From: Pseudomonadota bacterium
GTDB lineage: Bacteria; Pseudomonadota; Gammaproteobacteria; JAADHS01
Direction: 5' to 3'
NCBI GenBank assembly: GCA_021821045.1
Contig: JAKACW010000015.1
Span: 4,713-68,712 of the forward strand
DNA: 64,000 nt
Below are positions 48,563-58,032 of this stretch, piece after piece. A program made the position numbers and the translations under genes. Numbering within the stretch: the stretch's first letter is position 1; every line of letters starts with the position of its first letter. Below the pieces are notes generated by a model. It searched no databases and was not told the DNA's origin. It saw nothing but the letters and a program-made list of their open reading frames with translations.

Positions 48563-49489
48563 ATGCCGCACCGCAACAACAAGTACCATGTCCTGATCGT
48601 CGATGATGACGATGCTAATCTCGATCTACTCGACGTGTACTTAACCCACGCGGGGTACGCTGTGTCCCGCGCCCGCGACGGCGCTCAAGCCGCGATGCTG
48701 CTGAACAGTGGGAAGGACGCTTTTCACGCGGTCCTCACCGATCGCATCATGCCGCAAATGAACGGGATTGAGCTGCTCAAACACATCAAGGCGCAAGCTG
48801 GCCTGCGCGACGTTCCAGTGATCATGCAAACGGCCGCGTCGAGCGAGAAAGAGGTCCTTGAAGGCTTGTCCGCCGGCGCGTTTCACTACGTGACCAAACC
48901 TTTCAACATCAACTTGCTGCTGTCGGTCATCAAATCGGCGATCGAGGATTTCGACCGCTACCGCACGCTGCGTGAGCAGATGAAGCGCGCTTCGTTGGCG
49001 GCTACCCTTTTGAAAGAAGGATCGTTCACGTTTAATACCATCGAGGAAGCCAAGCATCTGGCGTCCTTTTTGTCGAACGCGTGCCCGCACCCTCACGCCG
49101 TCGTCATTGGCCTGTCCGAGTTGCTCATGAACGCGGTGGAGCACGGCAACCTTGGTTTCTCCTATGACGAGAAAAGTCGCTTGTTGGCTTCACAAGAGTG
49201 GGGACAGGCGTTGAGACAACGGCTCGCCGACGATCAGTACAAGAAAAAGCACGTTGTCGTCGATTTCACGCGAACAAAGGACGCGGTGCGCTTCGCGATT
49301 GCCGACGAGGGAAACGGCTTCGACTGGAAGCCCTACCTGCAGCTGGATCCGGCACGGGCGTTCGACGCTCACGGACGGGGCATCGCGATGGCCGCAATGT
49401 TGAGCTTTTCCGCCCTCGAGTACCGCGGCAAGGGCAACCAGGTCATCGCAACAGTGGCGCTGAACTCGCCTGGCGGCGCCGATCAATAG
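48563..49489 (+). CDS. Receiver domain fused to HATPase (anti-sigma-kinase-like) output
   Basis: VLIVDD, LTDRIMP, YVTKPF. ELLMNAVEHGN, IADEGNGFD, HGRGI. Confidence 0.85.
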   Translation: MPHRNNKYHVLIVDDDDANLDLLDVYLTHAGYAVSRARDGAQAAMLLNSGKDAFHAVLTDRIMPQMNGIELLKHIKAQAGLRDVPVIMQTAASSEKEVLEGLSAGAFHYVTKPFNINLLLSVIKSAIEDFDRYRTLREQMKRASLAATLLKEGSFTFNTIEEAKHLASFLSNACPHPHAVVIGLSELLMNAVEHGNLGFSYDEKSRLLASQEWGQALRQRLADDQYKKKHVVVDFTRTKDAVRFAIADEGNGFDWKPYLQLDPARAFDAHGRGIAMAAMLSFSALEYRGKGNQVIATVALNSPGGADQ

Positions 49490-49564
49490 ACGCCTGCCGG
49501 TTCAATTCCCGCGTGGCTGATCCCGCGCCTTTTTGCTCGTTGGCATTTCTGCTATCGTAGCGCC

Positions 49565-50128
49565 ATGAACTTCTGCAGCAGTTGTGGCGCGGCCGTGATC
49601 TTGAAGGTGCCTGATGGGGATCATCTTCCGCGCTTCGTTTGCACGCGCTGCGAGACGATTCATTATCAAAATCCGAAAATCGTCGCCGGCTGCATCGTGG
49701 AGTGGCAGGAAAAGATCCTGCTGTGTCGCAGAGCCATTGAACCGCGTCACGGCACATGGACGCTTCCCGCCGGGTTCATGGAAAACGGCGAGACGACCAT
49801 GGAAGCAGCGGCGCGAGAAACACAGGAAGAGGCGTGTGCGCCCGTCGTGGATTTGAAATTGTACTGCATGTATAGCCTGCCCCATATCAACCAGGTCTAC
49901 ATCATGTTTCGCGGAAATTCACCGGCTGGCGAAGCGGCGGCGGGACCGGAAAGCCTGGAAGTCGCGTTTGTCGGCGAAAACGACATCCCTTGGGACGAGA
50001 TCGCCTTCCCCGTCATCAAGGAAACCCTCGAAGACTACGTGAAAGATCGTCGCCGAAAAGCTTTTCCCACCCATGTCGGCGACATCCTGCGCCTTCCAGA
50101 CAGGTCAATCAGGATTGTTCGGTATTAG
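49565..50128 (+). CDS. Nudix hydrolase with N-terminal zinc ribbon
   Basis: CSSCG...CTRC, YQNPKIV, GFMENGETTMEAAARETQEE. Confidence 0.92.
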   Translation: MNFCSSCGAAVILKVPDGDHLPRFVCTRCETIHYQNPKIVAGCIVEWQEKILLCRRAIEPRHGTWTLPAGFMENGETTMEAAARETQEEACAPVVDLKLYCMYSLPHINQVYIMFRGNSPAGEAAAGPESLEVAFVGENDIPWDEIAFPVIKETLEDYVKDRRRKAFPTHVGDILRLPDRSIRIVRY

Positions 50129-50336
50129 GGACATCTTCCTTGAATACGATGGTAAAGGACTCATCGCGCGGCTCGAAGAGGATTACCGCTTTCCCGTCAT
50201 CCAGTAGTCTTCTGACGTAGGCCGCTTTGCTCTCGAGACTGACATGCAGATCGCTAACCTCGATCTCGCGGGAAACGAACGCTTCAATCAATCCGCTCAG
50301 CGCGTCCTCGCTCAACTCAGTGTGCGGAATGATCAC
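50109..50336 (-). CDS. yheU: YheU/UPF0270 family protein
   Basis: MIIPHTELSEDALSGLIEAFVSRE...L..GKAVILF. Confidence 0.85.
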   Translation of the reverse strand: MIIPHTELSEDALSGLIEAFVSREIEVSDLHVSLESKAAYVRRLLDDGKAVILFEPRDESFTIVFKEDVPNTEQS

Positions 50337-50345
50337 GCGACTACC

Positions 50346-52994
50346 TCAACCATTCAGGAATCGGCTGACCATTTCATATAAGTCCTTGCTCAGATCGGGC
50401 GCTGCGGCCATTTCGCGAAGCTGCGCTTCCATTTTCGCCCGCCTCTGAGGCTCGAACTTACGCCATTGGGCGAACGAACTCACCAGTCGGGCGGACAACT
50501 GGGGATTGAGCCGGTCGATTTTCAGAATCCAACTCTTGACAAACGCATAGCCCGCCCCGTCAGGACGATGAAAGTTGACCGGGTTGTTGAAACAAAACGT
50601 ACCCAACAGCGCTCGGACGCGGTTGGGATTGGTCGGCTTGAATCGCGGATGGTCCGTAAGGGAGCGGACCGCATCGAGCGCGTCGCTCAAGCGCGATGCG
50701 GCCTGGACGGCAAACCACTTATCGAGCACGTTGGCATTGTCTTGCCAGGTTTCGTAAAACTCATTCAAAGCGTGAAAGCGTTCTTCGCATTCCAAATTGG
50801 CGAGGATAGCCAAGGCCGAAATCCGATCGGTCATGTTATCGGCGCGGCGATATTCGTCATAGACAAGCCGGACGTGGCGCGGGTCGGGCAGTTCCGTCAT
50901 AAACGCCAGACAAGCGTACTTGACCGCGCGCCGGCCGATGGCCAGCGGATCGATGGAATAAGGTTCATGCCGATTGTTGGCGTCAAAGACGGCCGTCAGC
51001 GTCTTCTCCAAACGCTCGGCGAGTTCCCGGCGCATCTGCCGCCAGGCATCGTGGATCAACTGCGGATCGATGGGCGAGGTAAACTCCGAAACGTAAATTT
51101 CATCCGGGATGCGCAGCAACTGGGCTTGAAAAAGACGATTAAGCTCCGTGCTCTGGAGATTTTTGGCGAAGCCCTCGACGTAAGCATCCGCCACGGTCGC
51201 CGCGGCGCCGCTGCGTTGAGCTTGGATCAAGCGCAGGAGTTCGTCGATAGCCAAGTGTTGACCCGCTTCCCAGCGATTGAATTCATCATCGTCATTGGCC
51301 CACAGGAAAAGCAAATCCTCGACCGGAGGCTTGGCGTTCAGCTTAACGGGCGCCGAGAACCCGCGCAGCAAGGACGGAATCGGCGCCGCAACGGGGTCCT
51401 TGAATTCAAAAACAAAAGTCTGCTCCGGCGCGACGAGCGTCAGCGTCTGTTCGTCGCGCCACGGACCGGCGTCGCCGTGTAAGCGCACGGGAAGGCGTTG
51501 CGCTGTCACTGGCGAAAAGAATGCGACCGCAACCGGGATGCAAAAGGGACTCTTTTGCGGCTGACCGGGTGTAGGCGGACAGCTTTGCCGCAAAGTCAGT
51601 CGATAGCGACGGGCACCCTCGTCGACAACGCCCTCAACGTCGACCGTCGGCGTGCCCGCCTGGCTGTACCAGAGCTTGAACTGGCTGAGGTCAAGGCCAC
51701 TGACCTCTTCCACCGCGGCGACAAAATCGTCGGTAGTCACCGCCTGACCGTCGAAACGCGAGAAGTAAAGATCGGTCGCTCTGCGAAATGTCTCCGCGCC
51801 GACCAAGGTGCGCAACATGCGCACCACTTCCGCGCCCTTGTTATAAATCGTCACGGTGTAGAAGTTGTTGATCTCGATGTAGCTCTCCGGCCGGACCGGG
51901 TGCGCGGCCGGGCCCGCGTCCTCGCGAAATTGTTGGGTCCGCAAAATATTCACGTCGTTTATCCGCTTAACGCCACGGGAGTGCAGATCGGAGGTGAACT
52001 CCTGATCGCGGAAGACAGTGAAGCCCTCTTTTAGGCTCAATTGAAACCAATCGCGGCAAGTCACCCTGTTGCCGGACCAGTTGTGAAAATATTCGTGGCC
52101 AATAATGCTCTCGATGGCTTGATAGTCCTGGTCAGTGGCGGTTGCCGCGCTGGCCAGAACGTACTTCGAGTTGAAAATATTGAGCCCCTTGTTTTCCATG
52201 GCGCCCATGTTGAAGTCGCCGACCGCCACGACCATATAGATGTCCAGATCGTATTCACGGCCGTAGGTATCCTCGTCCCAACGCATCGCCCGCTGCAACG
52301 AGGCCAGCGCGTGCAGACATTTGTCTTCGTCGCCGTGCTCGACGAACATTCGCAGGGAAACGCGGCGTCCCGAGACGGTGGTGTAGTCATCCTCTACGCA
52401 GGCGAAATCGCCGGCGACGAGCGCGAACAAGTAGCTCGGCTTGGGGAACGGGTCCTGCCAGCGAACCCAATGCGTATTGCCCGGCCCGTCGCCGCGGTCG
52501 ACAGGGTTGCCGTTCGACAGCAGTACAGGAAATTGAGTGCGATCGGCGATGATGGTGGTCTGGTAGCGGGACAGCACGTCCGGTCGATCGGGAAAATAGG
52601 TGATGCGGCGGAAGCCTTCCGCTTCGCATTGGGTGAAGAACTTGCCATTGGAAACATAGAGGCCCTGCAGCTCGGTATTCTTCGCGGGCTCGATCTGCGT
52701 GGTCACATCCAAAGTGAATTCTCGGGGAGGATCGACGAGGACCAAGTTCTCGTCGTCGAGCCGGTAGCGGCTTGCGGGCAATGGCGAACCATCGAGCGCG
52801 ACCGACTGAAGACTTATATCCCTGCCATACAAGGCAAACACCGCCGCGGCCGAAACGCCCTCACGCCGACGAACGCGCAGACAACTCTCAACTCGCGTGC
52901 AGTCAGGATCGAGATGAAAGGTTAAATCTATCGAATCAACGACATAATCTAGTGGCCGATAGTCTTTCAGGAACGTTGTGGCGGGTCGACCCAT
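50346..52994 (-). CDS. pepN: Aminopeptidase N
   Basis: TQCEAEGFR, GAMENKGLNIFN, HEYFHNWSGNRVTCRDWFQLSLKEG. Confidence 0.97.
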   Translation of the reverse strand: MGRPATTFLKDYRPLDYVVDSIDLTFHLDPDCTRVESCLRVRRREGVSAAAVFALYGRDISLQSVALDGSPLPASRYRLDDENLVLVDPPREFTLDVTTQIEPAKNTELQGLYVSNGKFFTQCEAEGFRRITYFPDRPDVLSRYQTTIIADRTQFPVLLSNGNPVDRGDGPGNTHWVRWQDPFPKPSYLFALVAGDFACVEDDYTTVSGRRVSLRMFVEHGDEDKCLHALASLQRAMRWDEDTYGREYDLDIYMVVAVGDFNMGAMENKGLNIFNSKYVLASAATATDQDYQAIESIIGHEYFHNWSGNRVTCRDWFQLSLKEGFTVFRDQEFTSDLHSRGVKRINDVNILRTQQFREDAGPAAHPVRPESYIEINNFYTVTIYNKGAEVVRMLRTLVGAETFRRATDLYFSRFDGQAVTTDDFVAAVEEVSGLDLSQFKLWYSQAGTPTVDVEGVVDEGARRYRLTLRQSCPPTPGQPQKSPFCIPVAVAFFSPVTAQRLPVRLHGDAGPWRDEQTLTLVAPEQTFVFEFKDPVAAPIPSLLRGFSAPVKLNAKPPVEDLLFLWANDDDEFNRWEAGQHLAIDELLRLIQAQRSGAAATVADAYVEGFAKNLQSTELNRLFQAQLLRIPDEIYVSEFTSPIDPQLIHDAWRQMRRELAERLEKTLTAVFDANNRHEPYSIDPLAIGRRAVKYACLAFMTELPDPRHVRLVYDEYRRADNMTDRISALAILANLECEERFHALNEFYETWQDNANVLDKWFAVQAASRLSDALDAVRSLTDHPRFKPTNPNRVRALLGTFCFNNPVNFHRPDGAGYAFVKSWILKIDRLNPQLSARLVSSFAQWRKFEPQRRAKMEAQLREMAAAPDLSKDLYEMVSRFLNG

Positions 52995-53170
52995 CTTAAA
53001 AGCTCCTTAGCCGTTCTCCGGATATTAAATTCTTCTCACGGGGGACGCTATCTACTGGTAGGTGGTTAGGCGAATTTGGCGCCGGTCTGTGACGCTACAC
53101 AAAAAATTACGTACACCACCTAACAGAAAAAAAACGAAGAGCCACCTACAATAAAAATGCAGGGGGAACC

Positions 53171-53806
53171 ATGGTCATAAAAGTGAACTTCCGCACTCAT
53201 CAGCAAAAGCTTTTGTTATCCGCGCAAGAAGCGGAACGGGCCGGCGAACTGCTCACAGCCATCGAATTATACAAAGGGTTCCATGCCGATGTAAGCGAAT
53301 CCTCTGTGTTCTACCCAGCCGAAATTTTCACGCGTCTGCCGTTGTTGCTGCTCGAAGTCGGCCGCGAGCACGACGGTTGGCAGTACTTTCATCGGTTCAT
53401 CCGCTTTGGCTGCCCAGGTCGTTCGCAACCGCTGGAACCGTCGGATAAATGGCTCGATCGCGCGGTGCTGTGCGACAAAGCCCGACTATTTCTACAACGT
53501 GCAGGACATTATGACCGCGCCGTTCTTTACGGTGTTCAGTTTTATATCGCCCGCTGTTTAGCGGTTTACCATTGCCGCAATCTGGGCCAGCTGGGTCCGA
53601 TGCGGTCACAACGGGCGATTTCTGGGTTGGTACGGCCGCTGCTGCGCAAAGCGCAAAAAGAGAACCTTGAACCGGCCATGGTCTCGGAGTTGAAGGACGC
53701 ACTGCGGCTTGGTCCGACTCTCGATATAAATCGCCTCATGGCGCGGCTCGCCATCATGATCGCAATTCAGAACGCCAAGAATCACCCGATTACCGCAGCC
53801 GTTTGA
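53171..53806 (+). CDS. Hypothetical helical protein
   Basis: 211-aa ORF with AGGGGG RBS, divergent from pepN. Confidence 0.65.
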   Translation: MVIKVNFRTHQQKLLLSAQEAERAGELLTAIELYKGFHADVSESSVFYPAEIFTRLPLLLLEVGREHDGWQYFHRFIRFGCPGRSQPLEPSDKWLDRAVLCDKARLFLQRAGHYDRAVLYGVQFYIARCLAVYHCRNLGQLGPMRSQRAISGLVRPLLRKAQKENLEPAMVSELKDALRLGPTLDINRLMARLAIMIAIQNAKNHPITAAV

Positions 53807-53918
53807 CCGAGCGACACTGACGAAGCTCCGACATCATTCCGCATGCCCGACTTGGCTCGAGCGCCAGGCAGCACTGGCTCGCTGTCGCCGCCGTTGGCAC
53901 CGCCTCTGCGTTGGCGAC

Positions 53919-54440
53919 TCAGCCCCCGAGCACCGACTTGGCACGCAGTAGGCCAATGATGGTTTTGGCATCTTGAATCCCACCGGCAAGCGCCTTCGCA
54001 ACCGCATCATCGAACGCAATCCAATGCACTTCCATGACCTCGCCGTGCTCGGGCGCTCGCTCTGCGTCTTCAAGGTCCTCGGCGAGGTACAGAAAAACCT
54101 CCTCACTGAATACCCCAGGCGAGGACACGATTCGACCTAAATCGCGAATCCGCCCGGCGCGCACGCCCGCCTCCTCGGCCAGCTCCCGTGCAACTGTTTC
54201 AAGCGGAGCTTCATTGTGATCCCGTTTGCCGGCAGGAAGCTCCCACAACCAGTCGTTTACCACGTAGCGATATTGCCGCAGCAGACAAACCTCCCGCGAC
54301 GAATTGATTGCAACGGCCGCCGCTCCACCGGGATGGTGGACCACTTCAAGGTGACACTCGCATCCGTTGGGCAGGACGACGTCGTCCTCCGTTACCCTGA
54401 TGATCCTGCCGGCAAAGCGTTCAATAGAATTTTTTAGCAT
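53919..54440 (-). CDS. Nudix hydrolase (ADP-ribose pyrophosphatase-like)
   Basis: HPGGAA, LLRQYRY, WELPAGK...ARELAEEAG, DAKTIIGL. Confidence 0.9.
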   Translation of the reverse strand: MLKNSIERFAGRIIRVTEDDVVLPNGCECHLEVVHHPGGAAAVAINSSREVCLLRQYRYVVNDWLWELPAGKRDHNEAPLETVARELAEEAGVRAGRIRDLGRIVSSPGVFSEEVFLYLAEDLEDAERAPEHGEVMEVHWIAFDDAVAKALAGGIQDAKTIIGLLRAKSVLGG

Positions 54441-54457
54441 GAAATCAAACCACCCTG

Positions 54458-55813
54458 TCATTGTCGCTGGGGGAGTTGAATTTGGAGTCGGGCGCCGCCC
54501 AAGGGACTTCGTTCGATATCAAGAGTGCCGCCATACACGTCCACGATATCTTGCACCACCGCCAGACCGATGCCCTGCCCCGGCATCTCCTCGCTACCCT
54601 TCGCCCCGCGCTGCAGGAGCCGCTCGACCGCGGCGCTGTCGATGCCCGGTCCGTCATCTTCGATGACAATCGCCAGCGCCGCAGATGCGGTGGGATCGGG
54701 CCGTACCGAAATCGCCACCCGGCGGCGCGCCCATTTGAACGCGTTATCGAGCAAATTGCCAAGCAGCTCCATCAAATCACCCTGCTCACCGTCGAAAACG
54801 CAATCCGCGGCAACGTCGATTTGGCACTCGATCATCTTCGCGGCATAAACTTTGGCCAAGCTGCCGACGATACGCTGCACCGTGGTCTGCACCGGAACGG
54901 ATGTTTTCAGGGTGAGCCGCCCGGACGTCGCCGCGCGCTGCAAGTGGTAATCCACGATCTGCTTCATGCGGTCAATATGCTCCCGCAGCTCCTCCTTGTG
55001 AGTGAAGCCCTCCGCTGACCCCTGTTCAACGGCGCCCTGAATCACCGCCAGCGGCGTTTTCAAGCTGTGAGCCAGATCGTCCAGCGCGTTTCGATAGCGC
55101 TCCAAGTGGGTGCGCTCGTTGGCGATGAATTCGTTGAGGCGCGCCGTGAGGCCGTTGAGTTCTTTCGGATACTTGCCCTCAATCGCTTGAGCCTTGCCTT
55201 GTTCCACTGCGCTGAGGCCGTCGACCAAGCGACGCAACGGCGACAACCCCCACCGCAATATCGTGCCCTGGACCGCCAACAGCAGAACGCTCCCAATCAA
55301 CAAACTTCCCCACAGGCTTTGCCGAAAGGCGGCGATCTGGTCATCAAAGGCGTTTAAACTCTCGGCGACACTGAACGTGAAGGCGCGCTCTTTGCCACCC
55401 ACCTCCCACGCCAGACCGAAATTGAACGTGTACACGGCCTGCCCGGCCGCCGTAGCCAGTTGGGCGAAACCGCTCTCTCCGCGCGATAGACCGAAGGGAT
55501 AGCCGATCGCCACGCCCAGTGAAGACTTGGATCGCCACGCACTGCTGCTGTCGTGGGCGCGCACTTCCGCATACAAGCCCGAACCGGGAGTGGAAAACCG
55601 CGCGTCGGGTAAGTCCTCGGGAATGTGCAAGTGGCCGTCATCACGCAGCTCGGAGGCCGCGATCAGCGCATACATGTAGGCCTCAAGCCGCTCGCGCAGC
55701 GCCGTTTGCGCACTGTCCCAATAGGCTTTGTCGAGCGTCCAGCCGGTCAGGCCGAGAAATGCCGCGAGCACGAAGGTAGCGGCGATGACGAGTCTGCTAT
55801 TAATTGACAGCAT
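54458..55813 (-). CDS. PhoQ-like sensor histidine kinase
   Basis: TM-periplasmic-TM-HAMP architecture, LAHSLKTPL, NLLDNAFKW, EDDGPG, GQGIGL. Confidence 0.92.
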   Translation of the reverse strand: MLSINSRLVIAATFVLAAFLGLTGWTLDKAYWDSAQTALRERLEAYMYALIAASELRDDGHLHIPEDLPDARFSTPGSGLYAEVRAHDSSSAWRSKSSLGVAIGYPFGLSRGESGFAQLATAAGQAVYTFNFGLAWEVGGKERAFTFSVAESLNAFDDQIAAFRQSLWGSLLIGSVLLLAVQGTILRWGLSPLRRLVDGLSAVEQGKAQAIEGKYPKELNGLTARLNEFIANERTHLERYRNALDDLAHSLKTPLAVIQGAVEQGSAEGFTHKEELREHIDRMKQIVDYHLQRAATSGRLTLKTSVPVQTTVQRIVGSLAKVYAAKMIECQIDVAADCVFDGEQGDLMELLGNLLDNAFKWARRRVAISVRPDPTASAALAIVIEDDGPGIDSAAVERLLQRGAKGSEEMPGQGIGLAVVQDIVDVYGGTLDIERSPLGGARLQIQLPQRQ

Positions 55814-55848
55814 CGGGCATCAACCAACCAAGCGTGGTCACGGCTGCG

Positions 55849-56520
55849 CTACTCCACCGTCAGTCGATAGCCGCGATTTCGCAACGTTGCAATGAAGCGC
55901 CCGGCGCCGAAGGCGTCCAATTTCTTGCGCAGCCGACCGACGAACACTTCGATGACGTTGCTATCGCGGTCTTGGTCTTCGGCGTAAATATGCTCCGTCA
56001 GATCCGACTTGGACACCACTTCGCCCGCGTGTAGCATGAGATATTCAAGTACCCGGTATTCATAGGCGGTGAGTTCCACCGGGTTGCCGGCCACTGTGAC
56101 GCGCTGCGACGATATGTCGAGTTGCAGCTCACCGCAGATGATGCGCGAATCGGATCGCCCCGCCGCCCGCCGCAACAGCGCTTTCGTGCGGGCAATCAGT
56201 TCTTCAATGTGAAACGGCTTGACGAGATAGTCGTCGGCGCCCGCTTCGAGCCCCTCGACCTTCTCCTGCCAGCGCGCCTTGGCGGTCAAGATGAGCACGG
56301 GAAAGGAACGCTGCTCCTTGCGCCACGCGGTAATCACCTCGATCCCCGATAGCTTGGGCAGCCCCAGATCAACAATGGCAAGATCGATCGGATATTCACG
56401 TCCGAAGTAGAGCGCTTCTTCGCCGTCGGCCGCGGCGTCGACGACATAGCCCTCGGCTTCGAATCGCTCCTTGAGTTGAAGCCGCAGCGTGGATTCGTCT
56501 TCAACGATTAAGACGCGCAT
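55849..56520 (-). CDS. PhoP-like OmpR-family response regulator
   Basis: VDLGLP, WQEKVEGLEAGADDYLVKPF, DRDSNVIEVFVGRLRKKL. Confidence 0.93.
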   Translation of the reverse strand: MRVLIVEDESTLRLQLKERFEAEGYVVDAAADGEEALYFGREYPIDLAIVDLGLPKLSGIEVITAWRKEQRSFPVLILTAKARWQEKVEGLEAGADDYLVKPFHIEELIARTKALLRRAAGRSDSRIICGELQLDISSQRVTVAGNPVELTAYEYRVLEYLMLHAGEVVSKSDLTEHIYAEDQDRDSNVIEVFVGRLRKKLDAFGAGRFIATLRNRGYRLTVE

Positions 56521-56783
56521 CAGTTCTCGATGCGGCCGGTTTCCGGGTCGACGAAAATAACTTTCACGGTTCCGTCTTCCGTCAGAAACTTAATCCGAAA
56601 CCGAACGCGACCCCCTTCTTCCGTCCTCTCGGCGACGAGCACTCTTCCCTCGGTCTCCTGCCTGACCTTGTTCACGGCTTCGTCGAGCGTAAGCGGCTGT
56701 TGCGCCATGGCGGCCGAGGAACACGCCGCCAGAATCGCGCCTGCAAGGCGACCAAATCTCGATTGTTGCGACCGCGTACTCAT
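56520..56783 (-). CDS. PepSY-domain exported protein
   Basis: Signal peptide; LTLDEAV...GRVL.AE...FRIK...VDPETG. Confidence 0.8.
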   Translation of the reverse strand: MSTRSQQSRFGRLAGAILAACSSAAMAQQPLTLDEAVNKVRQETEGRVLVAERTEEGGRVRFRIKFLTEDGTVKVIFVDPETGRIEN

Positions 56784-56921
56784 CGGAAGAAAATCCTCTT
56801 CTCATTGACCGGCAGACGGGTTTTACACTGCAAAATCATACGGGTTGGGACAGCGGGACGCCAGCGCGAATTCTCCCAGGGACACCGCGAGGATTCGCAC
56901 TGGCAGCTTAATCCACAAAAA

Positions 56922-57455
56922 TCAGTACGCCGGTTCGACTTTGACGCGCACCCGCAGTCGCGGCCCCGGATCATGGGACATTGTTCGCGTATACGTTCGT
57001 CCGTCGTAGCGATAGGTCACGCGGTAGCCGGTGATCCGCTCCTCTTCAGTGTAACGACGGTAAACCCGGCAATGCTCTTCGACGGCTTGGTGACGCCGCG
57101 GCTTGCTGTGGGAAATGTCATGCCCAATGGAGCCGCCGAGCAACGTGCCGGCCACCGTGGCCGCTTGCCTGCCGTGGCCTTTGCCGATTTGATTGCCGAT
57201 GACGCCGCCGATAATTCCGCCTGCGATAACACCGGTCATGCTGCCTTGGTGGCCGGTGTAACTGACCGTTTCATTCCAGCACTCCCGTTCGTCGATGGGC
57301 CGTCGCTCGACGGTGTAAATGGGCTGAGCCGACAGCACTTTGGCGTAGTCGTACTCGCCGTGATGGTCAGACCCTGCTTGGGCAACATTGGCCAGCGTCG
57401 CCAACGCTCCCAGAACCAACAACGTTCCAACGCGCCTTGTTGTCTGCGTTTTCAT
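56922..57455 (-). CDS. Glycine-zipper 2TM (YcfJ-like) protein
   Basis: GGIIGGVIGNQIGKGHGR..ATVAGTLLGGSIG; GYRVTYRYDG. Confidence 0.88.
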   Translation of the reverse strand: MKTQTTRRVGTLLVLGALATLANVAQAGSDHHGEYDYAKVLSAQPIYTVERRPIDERECWNETVSYTGHQGSMTGVIAGGIIGGVIGNQIGKGHGRQAATVAGTLLGGSIGHDISHSKPRRHQAVEEHCRVYRRYTEEERITGYRVTYRYDGRTYTRTMSHDPGPRLRVRVKVEPAY

Positions 57456-57523
57456 GGCCGCCTCCCGTTTGGTTGAGTTGCGCGGCGCCCACCTCAGACG
57501 CCGCGCGTCGGACTCGCTACTCG

Positions 57524-57853
57524 TTACAACGCCAAGATGAAGTCCACCAGCTTCTCGATGTCGGCGTCGGCGACACGCGGAGAGTAGGGGGGCATCGGCA
57601 CGCCACCCGTTACTTCATTCCAGTTGCCTTTGCCGCCGGCCTTCACTTTGCTGACCAACACATCCCGCGCGGCGGCATCGCCTTTGTATTTCGCCGCGAC
57701 GTCTTGCCACGCCGGTCCAACGACTTTTTTCTCCACGGCATGACAAGCCAGACAACCGCTTGCCTTGGCCAGGTCCAACCCCTCGGCGGCCACCGCGGAG
57801 CCGCTCATTACAACCGCAAGGCCTAAGCCCAACCCGAGTACTTTGTTTTTCAT
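57524..57853 (-). CDS. Periplasmic class I cytochrome c (c551/c552-like)
   Basis: Signal peptide, GCLACH, KVVGPAW, PMPP axial Met. Confidence 0.93.
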   Translation of the reverse strand: MKNKVLGLGLGLAVVMSGSAVAAEGLDLAKASGCLACHAVEKKVVGPAWQDVAAKYKGDAAARDVLVSKVKAGGKGNWNEVTGGVPMPPYSPRVADADIEKLVDFILAL

Positions 57854-57924
57854 GGCGTTCTCCTCAATCATTTCGCCCAAATAGCCTGAGATCTTACGCA
57901 AATTTTCCGATCTCTTCGGAGCTG

Positions 57925-57957
57925 AGAATAAGGACGAGGAGCTGAACGTTGACTGAA
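57925..57957 (-). promoter_or_regulatory. PhoP/OmpR-type direct-repeat box with -10 element
   Basis: Minus strand TTCAG-tcaacg-TTCAG (11-bp period), then TATTCT 11 nt downstream. Confidence 0.6.
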
Positions 57958-58032
57958 TTAAAAAACGCCGAACCGCGCCGAGGAATATCGGTGGCGCGGA
58001 TCGGCAAACGGACCGTATAAGATCCGGGCCGC

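Noticed and set aside
53088..53103. CRP-like half site (TGTGA) between pepN and the hypothetical gene
   Set aside because: The second half-site is poor (ACAAA), so support is insufficient.
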